DNA of 49,568 nt from Bacteroidota bacterium (GTDB taxonomy: Bacteria > Bacteroidota > Bacteroidia > AKYH767-A > 2013-40CM-41-45), in contig JANLRG010000361.1 in assembly GCA_031361545.1 (NCBI GenBank), positions 1-49,568 of the forward strand. Reading direction: 5' to 3'. The notes below the pieces were generated by a model that saw only the letters and a list, made by a program, of their open reading frames with translations, had not been told where the DNA came from and did no database searches. Each line of letters begins with the position of its first letter. Within the stretch, counting starts at the first letter, position 1. The position numbers and the translations under genes were made by a program. This document shows positions 41,535 to 49,568 of this stretch, piece after piece.

Positions 41535-43295
41535 ATGAATACTAAAAAAATCGGTTTTTGGCGGAAGAAGTATTTCGGGAGCAGAACGTCACTCATTTTG
41601 GCAAGTGTATTCATAGGACTTGTCACTTCGCTAAGTGCTGTCATTTTAAAAAATGGTGTTCATCTCATTCAGACGCAAGTTCACAAAATTTCTTCTCTTG
41701 AAAATTTTCATTATACGCTATTTCTATTCCCAACTCTTGGAATACTTTTAACAGTTATTTATACTCAAGTTTTTCGAAATGGCCGTTTAGGTCGTGGCGT
41801 GACAAATATCATCTATAGCATTTCTCGAAAATCGAGCTATGTCGAAAAAGATAAATTGTATTCACAAATGTTCACAAGCATATTGACTGTGGGTTTCGGT
41901 GGGTCTGCAGGACTTGAAGCTCCAATTGCTTCTACTGGATCAGCGATTGGTAGTAATGTGGCGCGATGGCTTCGTTTCGATTTAAAAGAAAGAACAATTT
42001 TGTTGGCGTGTGGTGCCGCTGCAGGAATTTCTGCCATCTTCAATGCTCCAATTGCCGGTGTCATTTTTGCATTTGAAATACTTTTAGTCGATATGCCGAC
42101 TTCAGTAATTGTTCCGCTTCTAATCGCCTCCGCAACAGCTTCCATTCTTTCTCACATGATTTATTCGGGACAACCATTTGTCCTTATTACTGAAGTGTGG
42201 AACTCAGACAATTTACTTTATTACATACTTTTTAGTTTCTTGGCAGCTATCATTTCCGTTTATTCTATAAGAGTATATTTTTCAATCGGCGATGCATTTG
42301 CAAAGCGTGGTACACCTTACTTAAGAGCAATTCTCGGTGGACTTTTATTGGGAACATTAATTTTTATTTTTCCGCCGCTCTATGGAGAAGGTTACGAAAG
42401 TGTTGTAAAGCTACTACACAATCAAGAATTCTCTCTAATAACAGACGGCAACTTGCTTCCTTTAGCAGGTATTTGGTCCCTTGTAATTTTTACTCTCGCG
42501 TTAATGTTGCTTAAAGTTGTTGCAACTTCTTTCACGGTTGCCGCAGGGGGAAATGGTGGTATGTTTGGCTCTTCGCTTTTTACAGGCGCAATGTGCGGAT
42601 TTACTTTTTCGCGATCTGTAAATATGCTTGGGATTGCTCACCTCAATGAAGTGCATTTTGCAGTGATTGGTATGGCAGCTTTAATGAGCGGAGTAATTCA
42701 TGCACCATTAACTGCTATCTTTCTAATTGCAGAAATTACTGGTGGATATTCTCTTTTCCTACCTCTTATGATTGTGTCGTCAATTACCTATCTAATCTCT
42801 AAATATTTTGAACCTTATTCTGTTTACACAAAATCGCTTGCACAAAAAGGAGATTTAATAACGACCGATAAAGATAAAGTGGTGCTTGCAAAAATGCAAT
42901 TGAGCGATTATATCGAAACTGATTTTATTCCTGTACTTCAAACCGATTCTCTCGCCAAACTTATTCCTGTTATCGAAAAATCAAAAAGAAATATTTTTCC
43001 TGTTGTTGATTTACATAATAATTTTTTAGGTGAAATATTTCTCGACAATGTAAGGCATGTAATGTTTTCAAAAGAATTATATCATCAAACCTTTCTTGTA
43101 GATTTAATGGTCAGCCCTCCAGCTGTTATTGAACTTCAAGATTCAATGGAGGAGGTTTTAAAAAAGTTTGATGAAACAGAAGCCTGGAATTTGCCAGTCA
43201 CTAATAATGACCAATATGTTGGATTCATTTCAAAGTCAAAAATATTTACTCATTATCGTTTACATCTTATAAAAGAAGCAACTTTACCTGCTTAA
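41535..43295 (+). CDS. ClC-family chloride channel/antiporter with CBS pair
   Basis: GGSAGLEAP gating Glu, IFNAPIAGVIFAFE, HAPLTAIFLIAEITGGY, C-terminal CBS domains. Confidence 0.9.
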   Translation: MNTKKIGFWRKKYFGSRTSLILASVFIGLVTSLSAVILKNGVHLIQTQVHKISSLENFHYTLFLFPTLGILLTVIYTQVFRNGRLGRGVTNIIYSISRKSSYVEKDKLYSQMFTSILTVGFGGSAGLEAPIASTGSAIGSNVARWLRFDLKERTILLACGAAAGISAIFNAPIAGVIFAFEILLVDMPTSVIVPLLIASATASILSHMIYSGQPFVLITEVWNSDNLLYYILFSFLAAIISVYSIRVYFSIGDAFAKRGTPYLRAILGGLLLGTLIFIFPPLYGEGYESVVKLLHNQEFSLITDGNLLPLAGIWSLVIFTLALMLLKVVATSFTVAAGGNGGMFGSSLFTGAMCGFTFSRSVNMLGIAHLNEVHFAVIGMAALMSGVIHAPLTAIFLIAEITGGYSLFLPLMIVSSITYLISKYFEPYSVYTKSLAQKGDLITTDKDKVVLAKMQLSDYIETDFIPVLQTDSLAKLIPVIEKSKRNIFPVVDLHNNFLGEIFLDNVRHVMFSKELYHQTFLVDLMVSPPAVIELQDSMEEVLKKFDETEAWNLPVTNNDQYVGFISKSKIFTHYRLHLIKEATLPA

Positions 43296-43670
43296 TTTCA
43301 TTGCAGGATTTATTTGAGTTAATATGTCTTTTCATGCAGTCCAATTTATTTAATACTAATTTGAATTTGTCATTCGGTTTTCAATGTCCTCACTGAAGAG
43401 CTCATCATTTTAAAAGATTCAATAATCAATTCTATTTCTGATTTCCTGCAAGGGAAATTACTAGGTTTGTTAAGCTAATGCAAGTTTTATTCGTACCTTA
43501 CTAATGTATATTCACTTCATAAGTTCAAGGGTTCTGGTGAGAACAAAAAAATGACTTAGTTCTTCTTCAAATTTAATTGTTAGAGGAATATTTTCATTCA
43601 CTAACAAAACAAAATGTAAAGGCAAAAGATATTTTTTAAAAATTATAAACTTTCAAAGAAACAATAAATT

Positions 43671-43970
43671 ATGAAAATTAACATTCAAACAATTGACTTC
43701 AAGGCTAGCAAATCACTTGAGAAATTTGTTGATTCAAAAATTAGTAAGCTCTCAAAAAAATACGCAGATATAATTCGAGCCGACATCTCTTTAAAAAGTG
43801 GGCCTGCTAATGTTCCAGGAAATAAATATTGCTCATTATATATTTCTCATTCCGGAGAAAATCAATACCTAAAAAAAAGTGGCGATTCCTATGAAGAAAG
43901 TATTGCTAAAGCTATTGACGGAATGGACAAAATTTTTGAGCGACTGAAAAGAAAAAAATCAAACCAATAA
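43671..43970 (+). CDS. HPF/RaiA-family ribosome-associated protein
   Basis: MKINIQTIDFKAS..LE.FV..K..KL, I.RADI.LK, K..DSYEE.I..A.D; short HPF length. Confidence 0.75.
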   Translation: MKINIQTIDFKASKSLEKFVDSKISKLSKKYADIIRADISLKSGPANVPGNKYCSLYISHSGENQYLKKSGDSYEESIAKAIDGMDKIFERLKRKKSNQ

Positions 43971-44011
43971 AATGAACTATTTTATTTTCTATTTTTAAAA
44001 CTAATACTAAA

Positions 44012-44302
44012 ATGGAAATTCATGACTTTAATGGATTAACAGATGCGATTAATGATCTGCAGAAACGTGGATTTACATATAGTTTCATCGATGAGGAATA
44101 CGCCTTATTAAATCCTCATGACTGGGAAATCGTAGAGCACTACCGTTTTGAAGGCATGAGTAGTACCAGCGACAATAGTGTTGTATATGCTCTTGAAAAT
44201 ATTATTTCTGGAGTCAAAGCTTTACTCGTCGATGCTTATGGTGTTTATAATGATGAACACAAAAGTGCATTTATTGAAAAGGTAGGCGTTAATGAATTCT
44301 AA
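44012..44302 (+). CDS. Conserved hypothetical protein
   Basis: L.DAINDLQKRGFT..F, YRFEGMS...DNSVVYALE, LLVDAYGVY. Confidence 0.75.
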   Translation: MEIHDFNGLTDAINDLQKRGFTYSFIDEEYALLNPHDWEIVEHYRFEGMSSTSDNSVVYALENIISGVKALLVDAYGVYNDEHKSAFIEKVGVNEF

Positions 44303-44317
44303 TATTTTATTCAGTCT

Positions 44318-44470
44318 CTAAAATTCATTTTTTATCGCTTCGCCTTTCATCATTTTAAATCCATTGTAAACTGCTTGGTGAAAAATACTTGCGTGATTCC
44401 TCATTGCCAATAAATTCAAACTTCACATCCAACTTATGATTTCCGTTGACAATAAAGTCAAACTTCTACT
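44318..44470 (-). pseudogene. C-terminal relic of an alpha/beta-hydrolase (IroE-like esterase)
   Basis: KLDVKFEFIGNE then, after a 1-nt shift, NHASIFHQAVYNGFKMMKGEAIKNEF*; no start codon or N-terminal part. Confidence 0.45.
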
Positions 44471-44483
44471 TACGTAAATAAAT

Positions 44484-45200
44484 TTATTTTTTCAAACGGT
44501 ACGTATCGAAAATTTTATTCACGCAAGCTTCAACAGTCATTTCGCTGGTGTCAATCTTCACTTCTGGTTTTGTAGGAGGGAAGTAAGGGTCAGATATCCC
44601 AGTAAAATTTTTAATTTCTCCTGCTATTGCTTTTTTGTATAACCCTTTTACATCTCTTTCAATACACACCTCTAAACTTGTAGTCACATAAACTTCTATA
44701 AAGTTAGTGCACATTGCTCGTATTTCATTTCTAATATCTTCATAAGGAGAAATTAATGCAACTATTACAATGTTTCCTTGCTTTTCAAAAAGAGAAGAAA
44801 TATATCCAACATTTAAATTATGTTTTCTTCTTGAATCATGGTCAAACCCGCTTTGACGAATAGCATGTCTTATTTCATCTCCATCTAACAACACCGGCAC
44901 AGCTGATTTACTTTTGAACTTCTCCATTAAATTATTTGCAATCGTTGTTTTTCCAGAACCACTTAAACCTGTAAACCAAATCACTGCTGGCCTTGGCTTA
45001 AACCCAACAATCTTCATCCAAACTTCGTCAAAAATATAATAAGAAAATATTTTGAGGACCGAATCTAATAAACCAATAGAAACAGATGCAACTAAATTTC
45101 CTGTCAAATAAAAAGCAACACTAAAGGTTATTAAAGAAGAATATATTCTATAAATGATAGACTTAACAAGGTGCTTTCTATTAATTGTGTGGAATGCCAT
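44484..45200 (-). CDS. cysC: Adenylyl-sulfate kinase with N-terminal DUF2061-like membrane domain
   Basis: IWFTGLSGSGKTT, LLDGDEIR, ALISPY, RDVKGLYKKA..GEIKNFTGISDPY; N-terminal HLVKSI.YRI...K...YY..DEVW. Confidence 0.9.
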   Translation of the reverse strand: MAFHTINRKHLVKSIIYRIYSSLITFSVAFYLTGNLVASVSIGLLDSVLKIFSYYIFDEVWMKIVGFKPRPAVIWFTGLSGSGKTTIANNLMEKFKSKSAVPVLLDGDEIRHAIRQSGFDHDSRRKHNLNVGYISSLFEKQGNIVIVALISPYEDIRNEIRAMCTNFIEVYVTTSLEVCIERDVKGLYKKAIAGEIKNFTGISDPYFPPTKPEVKIDTSEMTVEACVNKIFDTYRLKK

Positions 45201-45321
45201 TGTTACAAATCTAAAAAAAGCTTTCTTTATATCAATACCAATTCATAAAAAGTTTTAAAATTATTCTAGTAGTCTAACTATTTTTAGAAGCAGAATAACG
45301 ATTGCAAATAGAAACTCCAAC

Positions 45322-45698
45322 TCACCTAGTAACAACAAATTTTTGGGCTTGCTCTAACTTTTTAATTGCGCGAACTTCAATAATAGTGTCGTCATTGTAT
45401 TCAAACTCTGGATTTGACATTGCAATTTCAGTTGCTTCTTCTAAATCCTTGCTAAAATGTGATAATAGCCCCCCATAAAATCAATACTCTCCCTTAATTG
45501 ATTATTCTTGATTTTCCCTTTTTGGCCAGAGATCACTTTTCCGCCATATTCAATAGGCTGAGCAGAAATCAGACGACCTTCGACCTTTAAATTATGAATA
45601 TAATTCTCACAACTTTTTAAAAATTTCAAATGCCGATAAGGCGATAGTGACTCAACACTTTCGTTTTTATTGCGGATAAAAAACATGTACTCTTTCAT
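45322..45698 (-). pseudogene. YciI-family protein with a 1-nt frameshift
   Basis: MKEYMFFIR...GGYYHILA then continues in another frame as DLEEATEIAMSNPEFEY...IEVRAIK to TGA at 45322; span is 377 nt (one short of 378). Confidence 0.75.
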
Positions 45699-45843
45699 GT
45701 GTGTCGCTGACTGAATGAGAGCGGCCATCGATGTCAATAAACATATAAATGATGTAGGAAAAAATGATTGCTAATATTCCCCATCCGATTTTTGAACTCG
45801 GAGTAAATAAAATCCCATTCTGCTTAAACCATAGTAAATTCAT
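45667..45843 (-). CDS. Small membrane protein, probably 3'-truncated
   Basis: MNLLWFKQNGILFTP..GW TM helix, DIDGRSHSVSDT, then runs 32 nt into the YciI gene. Confidence 0.5.
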   Translation of the reverse strand: MNLLWFKQNGILFTPSSKIGWGILAIIFSYIIYMFIDIDGRSHSVSDTHERVHVFYPQ

Positions 45844-45969
45844 TCTCTTACTTTTATCATAGTAAGTTAGCAACTATTTCTCGATTCTTCAAGAGTAAAC
45901 AGACCACAATTGGGAACTTCATAATAAAAAATGTAAGGAAGGCTGATAAAAAAAATCTGTCCAATTGTA

Positions 45970-46242
45970 CTATTCTAATTTATTCTTCCATCGTACTAAG
46001 CGAGGGATGCGTCTAACTAAAAATTTAGATAAAAATCTATGAAACCCCATCTCCCTCATTTTTGCAACTACGAATTCTTGCATTTCCCCTACTGTCCATT
46101 CAGGTTGTTTGAATTTACCAGCACCATAACAATAATCGCAATACATTGTACTAATTGTTCCGTCTAAATTTTTCCCGCCACCATTTGGAGATTTTTTCAT
46201 TGGCATTCCGCAACTCTGGCAATTTTTAAAAGTTTTTTCCAT
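45970..46242 (-). CDS. Putative zinc-ribbon domain protein
   Basis: CQSCGMPM, YCDYCY..GKF, IPRL.RW; start 46242 or 46260. Confidence 0.8.
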   Translation of the reverse strand: MEKTFKNCQSCGMPMKKSPNGGGKNLDGTISTMYCDYCYGAGKFKQPEWTVGEMQEFVVAKMREMGFHRFLSKFLVRRIPRLVRWKNKLE

Positions 46243-46282
46243 TACGATATTCTCTATCATTCAATCAAGACTTAAAATTTGA

Positions 46283-46687
46283 TTATGAATTCTCAACAAG
46301 TTTTTTGAAATTATACAAAATGCTTTCCCAACCTGTTTTTTGTATCTCTAAAGTGTTTTCTTTTTCTGGCTCGAATTTTTCAATAACTTTTACACCGTCT
46401 TCTAATTTAACAAATCGAATTTCTACTTTTCTTCCACCAGTAATTTCATATTCTATTTCTTTCATCGGTTCTACTTTAGTGTAAACTCCTGTGAAATCAA
46501 AACTAAATGATCCGTCCTTTGCAGACATTGTAGTTTTGAACTTCCCTCCTGCTTGCAAATCGTTTTCTGAAATTGGTGCATACCAATCATCACTTGCAAA
46601 ATACCAGTTCACTATATGAATAGGGTTGTTCCAAAAGTCCCAAACTTTTTCAAGTGTAGAATGCACTGTAATTTCAACTTCTATCAT
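46283..46687 (-). CDS. SRPBCC/AHSA1-family protein
   Basis: VW..WN.P.HI.NW.FASDDW, MSAKDGSFSFDF.G.Y, GW..IL.NFK. Confidence 0.9.
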   Translation of the reverse strand: MIEVEITVHSTLEKVWDFWNNPIHIVNWYFASDDWYAPISENDLQAGGKFKTTMSAKDGSFSFDFTGVYTKVEPMKEIEYEITGGRKVEIRFVKLEDGVKVIEKFEPEKENTLEIQKTGWESILYNFKKLVENS

Positions 46688-46753
46688 GCTTTTTAAATTA
46701 TCGCTGCTGATTATGGTTGATCAAATTAAATAATTATTTTCGAAAAAAGGCAG

Positions 46754-46951
46754 TTAAATTTTTTTATTTTTTCTGTTGCCAATTAAAAGTATTGCATTCG
46801 TTGCCAACAATCCCATTAAACTAATATAAGAAATTCGTTCAAACATTGTTCCGGCAAAATCTTCATTGATTCCATTGTACAGAACCCACAAAATAAATAA
46901 TATATTTCCAGAGATGGCTATCAAGGAAATCAAATTTCTAATTTCTTTCAT
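46754..46951 (-). CDS. Small two-TM hypothetical protein
   Basis: GNILFILWVLYNGINE.F.GT; TATATTTG -7 box at 47012-47019. Confidence 0.65.
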   Translation of the reverse strand: MKEIRNLISLIAISGNILFILWVLYNGINEDFAGTMFERISYISLMGLLATNAILLIGNRKNKKI

Positions 46952-47062
46952 AATTTATTTTCTCATTAGTATTTTACAAGTAACTTTTCAATACTCATTG
47001 AACAACTTTACCAAATATAAACAAAAAACTAATTTCAATCAACGATTATTGACAGAGAATAA

Positions 47063-48370
47063 TCAAATTACAATCAAATATGTTATCAATCCAAAAGCAA
47101 CACTTACCATTATCCATTTTATCATATTTATTTTATAATGGTACATGGCAATAAATGAAATAACAATCCAAATAACTGCTTTCAGATCTAGTCCTGTCAA
47201 TGAAAATTCTTTCGGGAACACAACTGCTTGCCCAAGATAAATTGTCAAATTCAATACGACACCAACTACTGCTGCAGTAACCAATGTGAGAACATCTTTT
47301 ATTCTCTTGTTCTCTTGCGTCTTTTCAATGATTGGGGCGCCGGCGAAAATAAATAAGAAGCAGGGTAAAAAAGTATAATAGGTCGTTACTACAAGGCCAA
47401 GGGCTCCAAAAATAATTGAACCATCATAATGATTATGCGCCGCCATAAATCCTACAAATGCCAGAACCATAATTAAAGGGCCTGGCGTTGTTTCGCCTAA
47501 ACCTAAGCCATCAATCATTTGTAAGCTGGTTAGCCAATGAAATTTCTCTACACTCACCTGTGCAACATACGGTAATACAGCATAAGCCCCTCCAAAGGTG
47601 ACAAATGCTGCCTTTGTAAAAAAAAGTACAAGCTGTTTCCAAAAATAAAAATCTGATGCCGCTAAATAAATAACTGCAATCGGTGCCATCCAAAATATAA
47701 TTGCACCAAAAATATTTTTTAATAAATCAGTGACACTAAAATCAATCTTGAACTCTTTATCGTTAGAGTTTAATATATATTCTTCTTCTTGATCTGTATT
47801 TATTTTATTTTCTGTAGATGTTACAATAAATTCCGAAAAATATTTATTAATGATTACTGCGAGAACAATCGTGCACACAATAATTATTGGAAATGATATT
47901 TTAAAAAAATAAATACAAACAAATGCGGCCCCAGCAATGAAATAATGAAAACGAGTTGATAATGACTTTTTAGATATTTTAATGAGAGCCAAAATAACAA
48001 TTGCAATTACTGCCGATTTTAATCCGCCAAACATTGCATATACCCAAGGAAGATTTCCAAATGAAACATACATCCAACTTAATCCAAACAAAATAAACAT
48101 CGAAGGAAGCACAAATAAAATTCCAGCCGCTAAGCCTCCGCGTTTGCCATGCAGAAGCCAACCGATGTATGTAGCTAATTGCTGAGCTTCCGGCCCTGGC
48201 AAAATCATACAGTAGTTTAAAGCATGTAAAAATTTACTGCTACTTATCCATTTCTTTTTTTCAACCAAATACTCATGCATGATTGCAATTTGTCCGGCCG
48301 GTCCTCCAAAACTGATGAACCCAAGTTTAATCCAAAATTTTAATGCTTCCTTGAAAGTTGGTTTTAGCAT
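47063..48370 (-). CDS. chrA: Chromate efflux transporter (long-chain CHR)
   Basis: KLGFISFGGPAGQI, LPGPEAQQLATYIGW, TFGGAYAVLPY, ETTPGPLI; TAAATTTG -7 box at 48423-48430. Confidence 0.9.
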   Translation of the reverse strand: MLKPTFKEALKFWIKLGFISFGGPAGQIAIMHEYLVEKKKWISSSKFLHALNYCMILPGPEAQQLATYIGWLLHGKRGGLAAGILFVLPSMFILFGLSWMYVSFGNLPWVYAMFGGLKSAVIAIVILALIKISKKSLSTRFHYFIAGAAFVCIYFFKISFPIIIVCTIVLAVIINKYFSEFIVTSTENKINTDQEEEYILNSNDKEFKIDFSVTDLLKNIFGAIIFWMAPIAVIYLAASDFYFWKQLVLFFTKAAFVTFGGAYAVLPYVAQVSVEKFHWLTSLQMIDGLGLGETTPGPLIMVLAFVGFMAAHNHYDGSIIFGALGLVVTTYYTFLPCFLFIFAGAPIIEKTQENKRIKDVLTLVTAAVVGVVLNLTIYLGQAVVFPKEFSLTGLDLKAVIWIVISFIAMYHYKINMIKWIMVSVAFGLITYLIVI

Positions 48371-48490
48371 CGATTTGTTTTCATAGAAAATTAGCTCAAC
48401 TTCAATCTACTTGCTATGAGATCAAATTTATACTATTAATCCACAAATAAAACAATTTATTAAACAAATGTTGCTATTCGAAAATGGTTT

Positions 48491-49033
48491 TCATTGATGA
48501 ATGGTTTTTTTTAGTAGAGAAATATTAAACCCCTTTTGCTTTATGCGCTCTAAAATGTTTTCATACTCTGCTGCATCAATTGAAGTTGTCCTAGATAGAA
48601 TCCATAAATATTTTCTATTGGGATGTCCAACTACAGCATATTCATATTGTTTTCCTAAATCAATAATCCAATACTTCACTCTAAATGGCCAGAAGAACTG
48701 GACTTTTAACTTTGCATTGCCAGAATTTTTTTCGACAAATGCTTTCCCTTTGATTGAAGATGTTTTTCCATTGATGCTTCCTTTATTACATTGATTGAAA
48801 ACTTCGATATAACCTTTAGGGGTCATTGTATATTCTGCCGTAGTACAGTGACAACCTTTCTGAAATATTTGTGGAAATGAGGCTATCTCAAACCATTTGC
48901 CTGAGTATTTATTTATGTCAACATATTTGACTGTTTCCAATTCTTGTGCTTTGCTGTTCATTGAAATAAAAATAAATGTAGTTGTTATAAATAATTTAAA
49001 TTTACGGAAGTGGTATATTACTTTTTTCATCAT
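48491..49033 (-). CDS. blc: Bacterial lipocalin
   Basis: YSGKWFEIA, KLKVQFFWPF, YLWILSR. Confidence 0.85.
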   Translation of the reverse strand: MMKKVIYHFRKFKLFITTTFIFISMNSKAQELETVKYVDINKYSGKWFEIASFPQIFQKGCHCTTAEYTMTPKGYIEVFNQCNKGSINGKTSSIKGKAFVEKNSGNAKLKVQFFWPFRVKYWIIDLGKQYEYAVVGHPNRKYLWILSRTTSIDAAEYENILERIKQKGFNISLLKKTIHQ

Positions 49034-49275
49034 TGGCCCTTATAAGTTGAAAATATAAAATTAGAAAGAATTATTGTATTCAAAAATTAACGGCTACTTT
49101 TAATAAAGGTTCGCTATATACTTAAGAATTGGATTTCTCGGCTGTTCCAAAAAATTTCTAAACATTTCAAAGCAGACGATGACGATTAAACGAGTTGACA
49201 TATTAAAAATATTTAATACATTTATCTTCTATTTCCGTCCTCTTAGAGGAATAGATTATTTTTTCAAATTCAACT

Positions 49276-49497
49276 ATGTTAACGAACAACGATATCTTCA
49301 AAAAATTACGCGTCGCTTTGAAATTAAAAGACGACGATATTATTCAAATTCTAAAACTTGTTGATTACGAAATTTCTAAAACAGAACTTAGTGCCGTTTT
49401 TAGAAACGAAGATCATCCTAATTATAAAACTTGTGGTGATCAATTACTTCGAAATTTTTTAAATGGTTTAGTCATCTATAAAAGAGGACCGATTTAA
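49276..49497 (+). CDS. DUF1456 (YehS-like) protein
   Basis: TNNDIFKKLRVAL.L, CGDQLLRNFLNGL...RG. Confidence 0.85.
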   Translation: MLTNNDIFKKLRVALKLKDDDIIQILKLVDYEISKTELSAVFRNEDHPNYKTCGDQLLRNFLNGLVIYKRGPI

Positions 49498-49568
49498 GTG
49501 TGCTTCACCTGTCTCTCCCATTTTAATTAAATACTCTCGCTTTACATCATCATAAAATTTTGCATTCG

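Noticed and set aside
44012-44302. 'Phosphoribosylpyrophosphate synthetase' label often given to similar small proteins
   Set aside because: Only 96 aa with no PRPP synthetase motifs; kept as hypothetical.
49179-49364. 61-aa + strand ORF
   Set aside because: Overlaps the DUF1456 gene in another frame.

Overview
AT-rich chromosomal segment from a member of the Bacteroidota. This assignment rests on TAnnTTTG (-7) promoter boxes, few Shine-Dalgarno motifs, several proteins with type IX secretion (T9SS) C-terminal domains, and WG-repeat and DUF3575-type proteins. It holds about 42 intact or probably intact genes, mostly housekeeping, envelope, redox and stress functions. Examples: ALDH7/AmaB, TlpA, lipid A acyltransferase, CbpA, ABC-F, cyclophilin, RluF, two paralogous USPs, three DinB proteins, ClC, HPF, DUF2061-CysC, ChrA and lipocalin. 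A GT-C-like membrane glycosyltransferase missing from the ORF track runs off the left edge. I saw no rRNA, tRNA, CRISPR array, integrase or transposase, and no clearly new multi-gene system. The best leads are intergenic: a promoter-plus-terminator sRNA candidate at about 39.46-39.55 kb, a structured ncRNA candidate upstream of the USP pair at about 29.55-29.78 kb, and a 42-bp palindrome at 1.4 kb. There is also a heptamer-repeat-flanked relic where cbpM would be expected, repeats in front of a lone GIY-YIG nuclease, three candidate leaderless genes, and several decayed genes at 44.3-45.9 kb. All product calls come from motif recognition by eye; no database searches were run.
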